Below are positions 12,290-25,526 of a DNA stretch of 64,000 nucleotides, piece after piece. Below the pieces are notes generated by a model. The model did not search any database. It saw only the letters and a list, made by a program, of their open reading frames with translations, and was not told where the DNA came from. Made by a program: the position numbers and the translations under genes. The DNA lies in NCBI RefSeq assembly GCF_963921235.1, contig NC_086108.1, forward strand, positions 19,406,001 through 19,470,000. Reading direction: 5' to 3'. This DNA comes from Mobula hypostoma. Lineage: Eukaryota. Within the stretch, counting starts at the first letter, position 1; each line of letters starts with the position of its first letter.

Positions 12290-13660
12290 ATAGACCACAA
12301 CACCAGAAGATATAGGAGCAGAATTGGGCCATTTGGCCCATCGAGTCTATTCTGCCATTTAATCATGGCAGATCCATTTTTCCTTTCAGCCCCAATCTTC
12401 TGCCTTCTCCCCATGTCCCTTCATGCCCTGACCAATCAAGAATCCATCAACCCCTGCCTTAAATATACATAAAAACTTAGTCTCCACAGATGCCCGTAGC
12501 AACTAATTCCACAGATTCACCATTCTCTGGATAAAGAAATTCCTCCCCATCTCCATTCTACAAGGATGCCCCTCTATGCTGAGGCTGTCCCCTCTGGTCT
12601 TCAATTCTCCCACCAGAGGAAACATCCTCTCCACATCCACTCTATCAAGGCCTTTCACCATTCGATAGGTTTCAATGAGGTGTTACGTACCCCGTAACTG
12701 GGTTGCCAAACCAGCAGAAATGGATCACTCAGTTGGAGTCTGGATTACTGGAACTAAGAAAGTTTTATTAAAGAAATAAGCAACACAGTACTCTAATCAA
12801 AAGGATAATGAATACAACAGTTCAGCAATGATAAACACACATGTACACAGAAACTAGGATAATAGGATCAATCAAGCTCTATCGTCGTCTAGGGGTAAAT
12901 GACCAGTTTCAAAGTGACGCAAAGTTCAGTTCAATTGAGTTCAGTTCAGTTCACAGTAATCACTGCCGTGGGAGAGAGAGAGAGAAAGCGAATGAATATT
13001 CAAAAACGGCTTCCACACAGACCTTCGATATTCCTCGCAGTCAGCTTTCGGGCGAGCCCTTTGTAATGTCTTCTGAGGTCACCGACTGTGACCCCTCCGT
13101 TCCTCTACAGTGAACCTAGCACCCAGGCAAGGGCGGACACACACCAGGTTCCCGCTGTTCGTTCCTTTCCACCCTGTGCGTCTATGGCTTGGTCCCCCGA
13201 CCAGCCCTCCAAAAACTCCCACCGACTTGTGGGAGACGCACCGCTTCCAGGGTCTCGTTACCTCGGGGTGTCGTGTGTGCTGCCTTAGCGAACCTGTCCC
13301 TTTTTATCCCCCTGCTGAGGTATCGCCTGTCCATCACTTCAAACAGTTCAGGGTTCAAAGAGGAGCCGATCTTGACAGCTCTCAGACCGTGTCTCCTTCC
13401 GTTAAACTCTCCCGTCCCTTCATTAACATCTCCAAATGCTGCTCCATTGTTTTCCTTATCTCTCTTTCTCCTGAAGACAGGTGGCAGACCAACTGCTGAT
13501 CCCACTGGTGCCAGCACAGGACAGTTAACATCTTAGTCTATGTGTACTTTCGTCACAGAGGTCACCCCTCATTCTTCTGAATTCTAGTGAATACAGGCCC
13601 AGAGCCATCAAACACTCTTCATATGACAAGCCGTTCAATTTTGGAATCATTGTGAATGAA
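12290..13660 (-). mobile_element. CR1 3' fragment split by a solo LTR
   Basis: CR1 tail sequence is continuous across the LTR: ...ttcaatgagg | tcacccctcattcttctg... Confidence 0.75.
12681..13557 (-). mobile_element. Solo LTR (877 bp)
   Basis: TGTTACG...CGTCACA termini (TG...CA, imperfect inverted repeat). 4-bp TSD GAGG. Minus-strand AATAAA near 12763 and a TATA-like GATAAAAAG near 13300. Confidence 0.88.
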
Positions 13661-14582
13661 TTTTCATGAATAAATTAATAGCAGATGATCATACTTGCAT
13701 AGTATCTCATATAATGAAAGTAAAATGTAATATTAATAAATTGATCACAGTTTATCGAGAACACAAATGCTAAATCATTATTCAATTTCTTCACTTTCAC
13801 TGTATTTTTTAATAATAAGAAACTTTTTATAACTACTCACCTTACTTTTGTTCTTTCTTCTCCAGAAGTCCATTCAGAGCCTGATTCTACCCTAATAATA
13901 TGAACTTGAAGTGTAACAAGGTCATGCTGTTTGTAGAAATCTGATAGAGATATACAAGAGATAGATTTTTTTATATAAAGGTTTCCTTTGTTTCAATATA
14001 GGATGGGAGTTGAGATATGACTAGTAGTGTGATTGCATTGTAGGTGGCAGAAATTGTGGAGGATCATTTGTTCAATGCAAAAAGGTATTGGGGCAAAAGA
14101 AGAGGACCAGGGGAACTATAATGCTGGTCTACTTGGGGAAAAAGGGGGCCAGATCTGACATGCAAGAACTGGAAGGGCTATTTGTGAGCACAGAATGCAA
14201 ACATTTCTTTAGTTAGGGTTGAAGGAACAGGACACCTTATCCTGAATTACACATCAAATACACACCCACACTTTCCAAAATGCATGACAAAAATACTTAA
14301 TGTGAATTCCCTTCTCTCCACCATAACTGCTGAGTCACAGCGTAATCCATCCCATACAATGTTCAATCTGAATCACCATACACTCAGGAAGGAGAGTCAC
14401 GGTGGTAACATCCCAACCCACAGATCTGTGGGCTTTAAACCACTGAGTGGGGAAGCATACGTCTGATACTTGGATACTCACTTAGTATCGAGCCTGTTGT
14501 TCATCCAGGCACAATTAAAACATGCATGAAGACAAACTAACTGTTCAATAACAGTACAAGAAAAACAGATCACTTTTCCCTC

Positions 14583-14687
14583 AACAACAGGAATTCTGCA
14601 GATGCTGGAAATTCAAGCAACGCACATCAAAGTTGCTGGTGAACGGAACTTTCACCAGCAACTTTGATGTGTGTTGCTTGAATTTCC
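14583..14687. mobile_element. Minimal fold-back PLE terminus (hammerhead deleted)
   Basis: 37-nt arms at 14607-14643 and 14651-14687 with one mismatch and a 7-nt loop. Confidence 0.85.
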
Positions 14688-14782
14688 TTAAGTTTGTTTT
14701 GACACAGTGAGATCATAGCAGATCCATGTTCCAATTTTTCTACCCTCATCTTTTCCTTAAAACCCTTAATAATACTGATTGT

Positions 14783-15390
14783 GATTATGAAGACACGTAG
14801 TCCTCTTTTATTGTCATTTAGTGATGTATGCATTAAGAAATGATACATTATTTCCTCCGGTGTGACATCACAAAACACGGGACAAACCAAGACTGAAAAA
14901 ACTGACAAAACCACATAATTATAACGTATAGTTACAAACAGTGTAATAATACCATAACTTGAAGAAGTCCGTGAGCACAGTAAAGTTCAAAGTTTCTCAA
15001 ATGTCCCACATCTCATGCAGGCGGGAGAAGGAAGAAAAACTCTCCCTGCCATGCCCGACCACAGTCCGACTCTGAGTCATCCGAAAACTTCGAGCTCTGA
15101 TCAGCTCTCCGACACTGAGTACTCAGCGCCATCTCTGTCCGAACGATTCAACCTCCTTCTCGGTCGCCAAAAGCAGGCAAGGCCGGGGACTTTGAGGCCT
15201 ATCCTCAGAAAGACTCCCGTCCGCGCAGTAACGACAGCTGCAAACAGGCGTTTCAGAAATTTCTCCAGACGTTCCTCTGTGCTTTCACGTCCATTCTCCA
15301 TCAAATCACAGTTGTCCACTGCCCCTATTTAACAGATACAATATCATTTTTCACCGGAGGGCTGCGCACGCGCGACGTGCTGCCATCTTC
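14783..15390 (-). mobile_element. ~600-bp non-autonomous LINE derivative
   Basis: Minus strand begins GAAGATGGCAGC (YY1-like LINE 5' motif), has a CpG-rich body, and ends ...gacaataaaagaggactacgtgtcttcataatc (Rex/L2-type tail). Confidence 0.6.
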
Positions 15391-17424
15391 TCAGATTAAA
15401 TGTCAACAATTCATTAATATTAATTGTTCTGTGAATAATTCCAACTTTTTCAAATACATACAATCGTCTGACACCCAATAAGCTGAAAATTTTCAAGGGG
15501 TTCTGTCACTATCTAAGTTAATGTCTGAGTTAATGTTCTGTCACTATCTCCATTAATCAAAGTCCAAGACACCTCCTGTTCATTCGCCCTCACTTAGTTA
15601 ATCACCATTATAATTGCTCAGTAGGCTTGCAAAAATAAACAAGCATTCAAACCAACATTACATGAAGAATCGAACACTCAAACAGAACCATTGTTATCAC
15701 TATAAATATATGAAGCTATTGTGTGATCCAATAGGGTCATTGTGCTATATAAGCATTGCTGAATTAAATCGTCAGGAAGGGCTACCAAATTTCCTCTGGA
15801 TTCCTGCCAATCTCAAATTCGATCAAAATCACACCAAGATAAGCAAGTGTACAGAAATGCAGAAAGTTTGAAGAAAATTAAAAATATTTTTCTAGAGGAT
15901 TTTCCATGAAATAAAAGCCTTGCCAAGATTTCTGTGCATCTGGTCTTTAACAGATTAAATACATCTTTTCTTTCCCCAATTAAAGAACAAAGGCATTCAA
16001 TGAGTCATCAAGTTGTTGTGCAACAGCATAAATGCAAAAAAAGTCAGTTCTTTGCACCATCAACACTGTGTAAACATTGACTCAACAAAGCAGCTCCCAA
16101 TTGATAACAGAAGTGTAAGAGACAGCAAGAACAGGCTTCAATGGAGAAGCAGATCAGATTGCCTTCAAGCTAAATTGCTCATTCCACCTTTGCCTTGCTC
16201 TTTAGGCACTAATTTGGAGATGATTCTGCTGTTCACAATTCTTTTATTCTTTAATTTAACCAAGATATTTTTGAATAATTTATCTGGAACATTTCACATT
16301 CCCAAAACTCCACTGTTGACTAAGATCTTTGGAAGCCAGTATATTTGGTTACAAAAATGTAAATAACTCGTTCTTTAGTCTTAGCATTGCTAATCATCAG
16401 TTTAGAATTTTGAACAGCCCTTTTAAAATTACCCTCACATGACCCAACTAATACCCTGTCAAAATATATTTAATATGATTCAGTAAAAATCCAACCTACC
16501 TTTAAAACTATCCTTACACATAACAATTTGTGCAACTGTTTATTTAAGACCTGTTGCACACTTCACTGGATTGAGAAATACCTTTTTAATACGTACTTCT
16601 GGTGCTCACATAAATTAACTAATATTTGTCCACATTAACTGTACTTTTCATTTTCCCCAGTCTGTGTTCATCCTCCTTGCCAAGCAAAGGTTACCATTAG
16701 CTACAAAAAACAGCTACTCTCAAAATGTCATTACAAGTTGAAAGAGAGAAAGAAAATCGATTCTGTACAGCCATGAATTAGGAGAGTAGACTATTCAGCC
16801 TCTCAGATCAGTCCTGCCATTTAACATCATGGCTAATCTGATTTTAGCATCAATTTTGCTCTCCTCTCCATGCTTTTTAATCCTTGCTTATCAAGTGACT
16901 ATCTACCTCTACCATAAATGTATTCAAAGATTCTGCTTCCAATATTGAGAATTCCAAGATTCATAAAACTACACGAACAAAAATTACATCTCATCTCTGG
17001 CTCAAATAGGCAATGCCTTATTTTTAAATAGCAACCCTAAGCTCTAGATTCCCCAAGGAGGAAACAGGCACTCCAGGATTTTAAATATTTCAGTCAAGTT
17101 CCCTCTTAAACCAAGTCCATTCAACTCTCCTCAAAAACTACTCACACATTATTGGAATACAATTAGTCTGAACTTCCTTCCATGGATTAGTAGCTTTCCT
17201 TAAATAAGACCAGTACTATACACAATTGGCCAGGTGGAGTCTCAGCGATCCCCGAGCTCAAGCAAAACCACCCAAATTATGTCTGCAATTCTCCTCATAA
17301 ATAACATTCAGTTAACTTTTCTTACAACTTCCTGTACTGCCCACCAATTTCATACAAGTCACAACAATTACTTTATAATTAAGGTATAAAAATTGTTTTT
17401 ATTCTAAAATGGTAAGTTACAAGT

Positions 17425-18420
17425 TGAAGGAAACCAAAGAGTGATGATAGATAATTGTCTCAAGAAGGGCAGCACCTGTGACTAGTGGGGTACTGCAGGG
17501 GTCAGTGTTCGGCCATGGTAAACTGGATCAGCAAATTTGCAGATGACACCAGGACTGGGGGCATAAAGGACAACGAAGCTGGCTATCAAGGTTTGCAAAC
17601 AGATCGAAACCAGCTGGAAATTTTACTGAAAAGTGGCAGATGGAACTTAATGCAGATGAATGTGAAGTGCTGCACTTCGGCAGGACAAACTAGGGTAGGA
17701 CTTACACAGTAAATGGTAGGCACCTAGGTACATGGTACAATGGAGGGATTTGGTCCACAGATCCATACAGATTCAGATACCTTGAAACTGATGCCACAGT
17801 TAGAAAGGGTCGCAAAAGAGGTTTTGACATATTAGCCTTCACAAGTCAGAGCACTGAGTACTGGTGTTGGGATGTTATGCTGAAGTTGTATAAGATCTTG
17901 GTAAAGCCAAATTTGGAGTATTACGTGTAGTCTGGTCACGTACTTTCAGGGAAAGATATCAATAATCTTGAAAGAGTGCAGAGAAAATTTACAAGGATGT
18001 TGCTGGGATTTGAGGTCCTGAGTTAAAGGGCAAAGTTGAATAGGTTGAATGAGGTTGAAGTGTAGGAAAATGAGCGGCGATCTTATAGAGCGTTTAGAAC
18101 CTTTACAAGGGGTATAAATAGGCTAAATGTAAGCAGGCTTTCTCCCCCCACGCTTAGCTGAGACAAGAACAAGAGGTCATGGTTGAAGAAGAAAAGTGAA
18201 AGGGGAACCTGGGGGAAACCTCTTCACTTAGAAGGCGGGGCAAATATGGCACAAGCTGCCAGTGGAAGTGGTGGATATATCCATCGGAACAAGTAGTTTG
18301 GATAGGTACATAGATGAGAGGGGTATGGAGGTCTCTGATCCCGATGCAGGTAGAAAAACGGGTCAGCACAAATTAGTGGGCTGAAGAGCCTGTTTATCTG
18401 CTAAAATACTCTATGACTTT
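17425..18420 (+). mobile_element. Degraded CR1 RT and 3' fragment
   Basis: VTSGV..GSV and WISKFADDT motifs; CR1 tail. Confidence 0.8.
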
Positions 18421-19599
18421 GTATCTCTACACAAACTTCAGAATGCTCAGAGCCTGCCGAAAGCAAGCCTCAATCAGCAGAAATTTGTGGCTAATAAGTT
18501 ACAAGACGCTAGAAAATAAAGCATACAAGTTTTCTGTTTTTAGTACATGGAGGGTTTCACCTGTGCCCCTAGCTCAGCACAATGGAGAGGAAGTGATGGA
18601 ACAATGAGTATTTATGAAACTTGATTTGAAATGTCCTGCTCTCATTTTCACATCTTTCAAACCTGTTCTCGAACTGTCAGCCTTGTTAATTTTTGAAGAA
18701 GGCGGGATGAAAGGTTAGCACATAAGGGTTCTAAATGTAAAAGTGAATAACAGCATATAGTTTTCATGCAAATATATTGACAAATTAAAATCTCTGATAA
18801 CCCCTTTATTTCTTAAAATTATTTAAAACAATTGCGTTCCACAGTCCAAGGTTCAAATCAATAAGAATATTATAAATCATCACAAAGAGCTGTTCAGGCC
18901 CTGGTGCCACCAGGATTATTGACTTCAATTAATAATACAGTGATTAAAGCAATAATTCTCACCAGCCAAGGTTACAGTCTTGACAAAACTGTGTACTTTC
19001 ACCACACTATGGCCCAATACTTCAAAAAAAATGTGTTAACTCAGACATCCCACCAACCTGCACTTATCTGGTTGACAATATTAATTGGAGGTCCTCAATC
19101 TACTTGTACAGTTCAAGGTAGGAAACAGAGATAAGCTGAACAGTTTCCCACCACTCTAGCAATACCCTAGCCATCTGCCATCCACCAAACTGGTCCTGCT
19201 GTTGGGGAACTTCTGGAAGGAAAGGTCTCGGTATCATTTCCAAACCTCTCCAGCCACCCCAAATACAAAGCATCACAAAATAACACTGAGCTCCAAACAC
19301 TGGAAGTTATCTTGGGAAAAGTGTTGTGAGAGTTTTCTCATGGAAGTCCATTTATCATATTTTATCCTGACAAAAGTATCATAAAGCTGCTCAATTTGAG
19401 ATCTAAAGAGTAACAGCCACTTGGGTTAATTTCAAAGTATCTTCCTTGAAGATGGCACACACATCTTCCTTGAAGATGCAGCTCATCCAACTCACAAAAG
19501 TGGTGTTAGCTTTAAATTCTTAGATAGTGTTTCAAAGTTTTTAGTCAGGAATTTCAGTCATCCAAAGCTCCACAAATATAGTGCCACTGAACTCTTAAG

Positions 19600-22500
19600 A
19601 GAAAACTACATTTAATCTGATGGCAGCAGAGTTAATAGCAGTGCTCAATGGAAGCTGGATTCTACAGGCACCTGAACCAGCGAATGCGACCTGCGACCTG
19701 CCCCAAGTGACTCAGCCGAGGAAGCAGCTAACTTGGGCGGCATAAGAGAAAGCAGAAACTCGGCAAGGGAGCTGGGGTGCTAGTCAGGCTGAGAGCTAAC
19801 CCAGCCAGACTGGCAGTACCATGACTTTTCCTGGCCAATGTCCGCTCGCTGGATAATAGATTGGACCCACTGATACTGAAAATTTACACGCAGAAAGATG
19901 TAAAACTGCTGTTTTCTGGTTTTCACTGAAATATGGTTAACTAACAATATGTCCCAACTCGATGTTTCAACCTGACGGGATGACTCCCTATTGGGGGAAT
20001 CGAAGGAGGTAGAATCTGTGTATACATTAACCAAGACTGGTGCACAATCTCACTGTGACAGTTAGCAGTCACTGTACTGGGGAAAGAGAGCATCTTCCAA
20101 TTAAGTGCCAATAAAATTATCTGCCCAGGGAGTTTACTGTTGTGTACATCCTCACAAATTCCAGTGCCAAGGTCGCTCTGGGAGAGCTTTACAGTATCAT
20201 CGCTCTCCACAAAACAAACATCAGGACAGTCTCTCCATTATTGCAGGAGACTTCAATCAGGGTAACATTTGACCCATGGTCACCAGGGGAACAAAAAGAC
20301 TCGACCATGTCTGTACAAACAGATGTGATACTTACAAAGCCATCCCCTGCCCTCATCTTGGCCTCTGATCACATCTCCATGATGTTAATCCCAGCATACA
20401 GACTGATGCTGAAAATGCAGAAACTAGTCAAGAGAACCATCACTGTATGGCCGAACAAGGCAATCTCTATGTTTTAGGACTGGCAGATGTTCAAGGAGGC
20501 CATCACAAGCAGAGGAACCTTGAGAAATATGCCTCATCTGTCATCGGCTACATTAGTAAATGTGCAGATGACATTGGTACTAGAAGCCCTGGCTGAACGT
20601 AGAGATGTGCTCCCTACTAAAAGCTGCCTTCAAGTCCAGTGACAGAACAGTTCTCAGAGCACCCTGGAGAAGCCTCATCTCAGGCATCAAGCGGGCAAAG
20701 ACTGCCTACGCATGAAAAATTCAGGAATGCCAATCTGCTAACGATCCACAGTATGCATGGTTGGGCATCAAGGGCATTCATGAATATGCAAGCGAAAACA
20801 GTGCTGACTAGCAGTGATGCCTCCCTCCATGATGCTCTAAACAATTTTATGCACGCTTCTAGGTGGCATGCAACTCAACACCAGCCACGAAAGCTTCTAC
20901 CTCGAACAGCAATAGATGTGAGAAAGACTTAGCGATCTTGTCGTGAGAGGCCCCTTGGGTAAGAGTGACCATAATATGGTGGAATTCTTCATTAACATGG
21001 AGAGTGACGTAGTTAATTCAGAAACAAAGGTTCTGAACTTAAAGAGGGGTAACTTTGAAGGTATGAGACGTGAATTAGCTAAGATAGACTGGCAAATGAC
21101 ACTTCAAGGATTGACGGTGGATATGCAATGGCAGGCATTTAAAGGTTGCATGGATGAACTACAACAATTGTTCATCCCAGTTTGGCAAAAGAATAAATCA
21201 AGGAAGGTAGTGCACCCATGGCTGACAAGAGAAATTAGGGATAGTATCAATTCCAAAGAAGTAGCATACAAATTAGCCAGAGAAAGTGGCTCACCTGAGG
21301 ACTGGGAGAAATTCAGAGTTCAGCAGAGGAGGACAAAGGGCTTAATTAGGAAGGGGAAAAAAGATTATGAGAGAAAACTGGCAGAGAACATAAAAACGGA
21401 CTGTAAAAGCTTTTATAGATATGTAAAAAGGAAAAGACTGATAAAGACAAATGTAGGTCCCCTGCAAACAGAAACAGGTGAATTGATTATGGGGAGCAAG
21501 GACATGGCAGACCAATTGAATAATTACTTTGGTTCTGTCTTCACTAAGGAGGACATAAATAATCTTCCAGAAATAGTAAGGGACAGAGGGTCCAGTGAGA
21601 TGGAGGAACTGAGCGAAATACATGTTAGTAGGGAAGTGGTGTTAGGTAAATTGAAGGGATTGAAGGCAGATAAATCCCCAGGGCCAGATGGTCTGCATCC
21701 CAGAGTGCTTAAGGAAGTGGCCCAAGAAATAGTGGACGCATTAGTGATAATTTTTCAAAACTCGTTAGATTCTGGACTAGTTCCTGAGGATTGGAGGGTG
21801 GCTAATGTAACCCCACTTTTTAAAAAAGGAGGGAGAGAGAAACCGGGGAATTATAGGCCGGTTAGCCTAACGTCGGTGGTGGGGAAACTGCTGGAGCCAG
21901 TTATCAAAGATGTGATAACAGCACATTTGGAAAGCGGTGAAATGATCGGACAAAGTCAGCATGGATTTGTGAAAGGAAAATCATGTCTGACGAATCTCAT
22001 AGAATTTTTTGAGTTGTAACTAGTAGAGTGGATAGGGGAGAACCAGTGGATGTGGTATATTTGGATTTTCAAAAGGCTTTTGACAAGGTCCCACACAGGA
22101 GATTAGTGTGCAAACTTAAAGCACACGGTATTGGGGGTAAGGTATTGGTGTGGGTGGAGAATTGGTTAGCAGACAGGAAGCAAAGAGTGGGAATAAACGG
22201 GACCTTTTCAGAATGGCAGGCGGTGACTAGTGGGGTACCGCAAGGCTCAGTGCTGGGACCCCAGTTGTTTACAATATATATTAATGACTTGGATGAGGGA
22301 ATTAAATGCAGCATCTCCAAGTTTGCGGATGACACAAAGCTGGGTGGCAGTGTTAGCAGTGAGGAGGATGCTAAGAGGATGCAGGGTGACTTGGATAGGT
22401 TGGGTGAGTGGGCAAACTCATGGCAGATGCAATTTAATGTGGATAAATGTGAAGTTATCCACTTTGGTGGCAAAAATAGGAAAACAGATTATTATCTGAA

Positions 22501-24730
22501 TGGTGGCCGATTAGGAAAAGGAGAGGTGCAACGAGACCTGGGTGTCATTATACACCAGTCATTGAAAGTGGGCATGCAGGTACAGCAGGCGGTGAAAAAG
22601 GCGAACGGTATGCTGGCATTTATAGCGAGAGGATTCGAGTACAGGAGCAGGGAGGTACTACTGCAGTTGTACAAGGCCTTGGTGAGACCACACCTGGAGT
22701 ATTGTGTGCAGTTTTGGTCCCCTAATCTGAGGAAAGACATCTTTGCCATAGAGGGAGTACAAAGAAGGTTCACCAGATTGATTCCTGGGATGGCAGGTCT
22801 TTCATAAGAAGAAAGACTGGATGAACTGGGCTTGTACTCGTTGGAATTTAGAAGATTAAGGGGGGATCTGATTGAAACGTATAAGATCCTAAAGGGATTG
22901 GACAGGCTAGATGCGGGAAGATTGTTCCCGATGTTGGGGAGGTCCAGAACGAGGGGTCACAGTTTGAGGATAGAGGGGAAGCCTTTTAGGACCGAGATTA
23001 GGAAAAACTTCTTCACACAGAGAGTGGTGAATCTGTGGAATTCTCTGCCACAGCAAACTGTTGAGGCCAGTTCATTAGCTATGTTTAAAAGGAAGTTAGA
23101 TATGACCCTTGTGGCTACAGGGGTCAGGGGGTATGGAGGGAAGGCTGGGTTCTGAGTTGGATGATCAGCCATGATCATAATAAATGGCGGTGCAGGCTCG
23201 AAGGGCCGAATGGCCTATTCCTGCACCTATTTTCTATGTTTCTATGAGTCAACCCTGCACCCCCACCCCCCAATGCTGCCAAGCCAGGCTGAGTACTCAC
23301 AGTGTGCAGACCAGCTCAATGACATCTTCAACACATCGTTCATCCAGGCTGCAGTCCCCACGTGCTTCAAATCAGCCACCATAACCATGGTACCAACAAA
23401 CTCTACACCTTCAGAACTAAAAGACTACCACCCAGTGGCAATGACGCTAATTATCATGAAGTGCTTTGAATGGCTCATGATGGCAAAACATCAAAAACCC
23501 CATTCCTGCCACACTGGTCACTCACCAACATGGTTACCAACAGAACCACTCTACAACCGATGCCTTGGTAACTATTATGCACTTGGCTCTGACACACCTG
23601 GAAAACGAAGACATTTATATGTCAGAATGGGTTTCAGTTCAGCATTCAACACTATTGTCCCACAGACCCTGGTGAACAAACACCTACTCTCGGCCTAAAT
23701 ACATCACTGTGCAATTGGATGGTGGATTTGCAAACGAACAGGCCTCACACAGTCAGGATGCACAACTGCTCCGCCCCATCATCCTCAACACAGGTGCACC
23801 CGAGGGCCATATGCTGAGCCCATTGCTGTACACTATTCACACGCGACTGCACAGCCAAACACTCGAGGGATCACGTGTGAAGTTCAGCGATGACACAGCA
23901 GTGGTGGGGCTCATCAACAACAATACTGAGAGGAGGACAATCTCGAGGTCTGGTAGCAGACAAATAACCTCTTCCTCAATATCAACAAGACAAAGGAGAT
24001 AGCTGTCGACCTGGAGAACTCACGCCCTGCTTTACATCTGCAGCACAGCATTGGAAACTCCATTCTTGGGAGTGCACAACCCACACAAACATCCATGGTC
24101 CCAGAACACATCCTACACGGTCCAGAAAGCTCACCAATGCTTCTTTCTGAGGCTGAATAACGCTGGACTATGCACATCAAAGCTCACGTCAGATGTGCAG
24201 TTGAGCACATCCAAACATGCTGCATCACTGCTTGTGATGGAAACTGCACTGTGGCAGACAGGAAAGCTCTTCAAGGGGCAGTCAAAACTGGGCAATTCGT
24301 TACTGGCACCAGCCTACCAGCCATCAAGGACACGTATACAGAAAGGTGACTGAAAAGGCCAGGAACGATATGAAGGATCCCATATAGCCTGCTCAGGGAT
24401 TATTTGTCCCACTTCCATCAGGGAGACAGTAACCATACATCCACAGCAGGACCACCTGACTCAAACTGTTACTTTGCCCAAGGAATAAGGCTGATCAACA
24501 TGTCCACCACTAAACTCCACACTACTTTATTAGCTCCCATCAGTCACCTTATGTAGATACAGCCTAGCATCACTTCATGGACATACAATCAATCTATATA
24601 AGCTATCTGATGTATTTATAGTTTTTTTTATTATTACTGTTGTGTTCTTTTTATTTTTTTTTAAATGCTGGAGTAGCATTATTTCACTCTCCTTACACTT
24701 GTGTAGAGGAAATTACAGTAAACAATTTTG
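19600..24730 (+). mobile_element. Degraded Rex1/Babar-type LINE interrupted by a younger CR1
   Basis: EN remnants before 20930. After 23246: CADQLNDIFNTS..VPTCFKSATI..DYHPVAMT..MKCFEWL, FSSAFNTI, LNTGAPEG, KFSDDT. Confidence 0.8.
20931..23246 (+). mobile_element. 5'-truncated CR1 (HER1-like) LINE, ORF2 pseudogene
   Basis: ORFs 20943-22019, 22028-22807 and 22832-23155 join into one CR1 ORF2 (KSPGPDG, NYRPVSLTS, YLDFQKAFDKVPH, GVPQGSVLGP, FADDTK). It is broken by a frameshift near 22015 and a TAA at 22805. Tail (tttctatg)n. Confidence 0.95.
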
Positions 24731-25526
24731 AATATACGATTAATTAGTTGTCAGTTAGATAATCTTAGCTATTTTCCAGAAGTTGATTGTTTCCCGATTA
24801 GTCAGGGTGTCAAAGAATATGGTGAGAAGGCAGGTGTATGGGTTGAGTGGGATCCGGGATCAATGATGGAATGGCGGAGCAGACTTGATGGGCTGAATGG
24901 CCAACAGCCAGATATCATATTTGACTAACGTCCGAGTATGTTAAAAAAAATTGATTTGATTAGCGGCATCTGAGCTTTTCCTTTTGTGTATATCATGGGA
25001 AATTTATCACCAATTATTCTCACTAATGACAGCCACTGAGCAGGGACTGATGTTCTGTCCCTCCTCATCCTCTTCAACCACTCTGCAGGAGAGTTGAGTA
25101 ACTCAGCTACTTTCCACACTTCTTTTCTCCATGTCCAAATGAGCAGCCCACCTCCCCTAACTCACCTTAACTGCGTTGAGAGCATCCTGACAAGTTGCAT
25201 CTCCATCGCGTATGAGAGCAGTGGCGTATCAGACTCAACGTCCCTACAAAGGACTGTGAGATCAGCTGAGAGGATCATAGGGCTCTCCCTACCATCCATC
25301 GGGGACATTTATCAGGAGCGTTGCACACACAGGGCTCTTAGTATTGTTAAGGATCCCACCCATCCATCCAGCATCCTTTGACTTTCTACCATCAGGCAGG
25401 AGACCACAATGCACAAAAACAAGAGTGGTCAGGATGAGAGACAGTTTCTTCCCCCAGGATATTAGGCTTTGAACTACCAGCTGCATTGTATTCAAAATGT
25501 CACTGATTAATCATTTCCATACCTTG

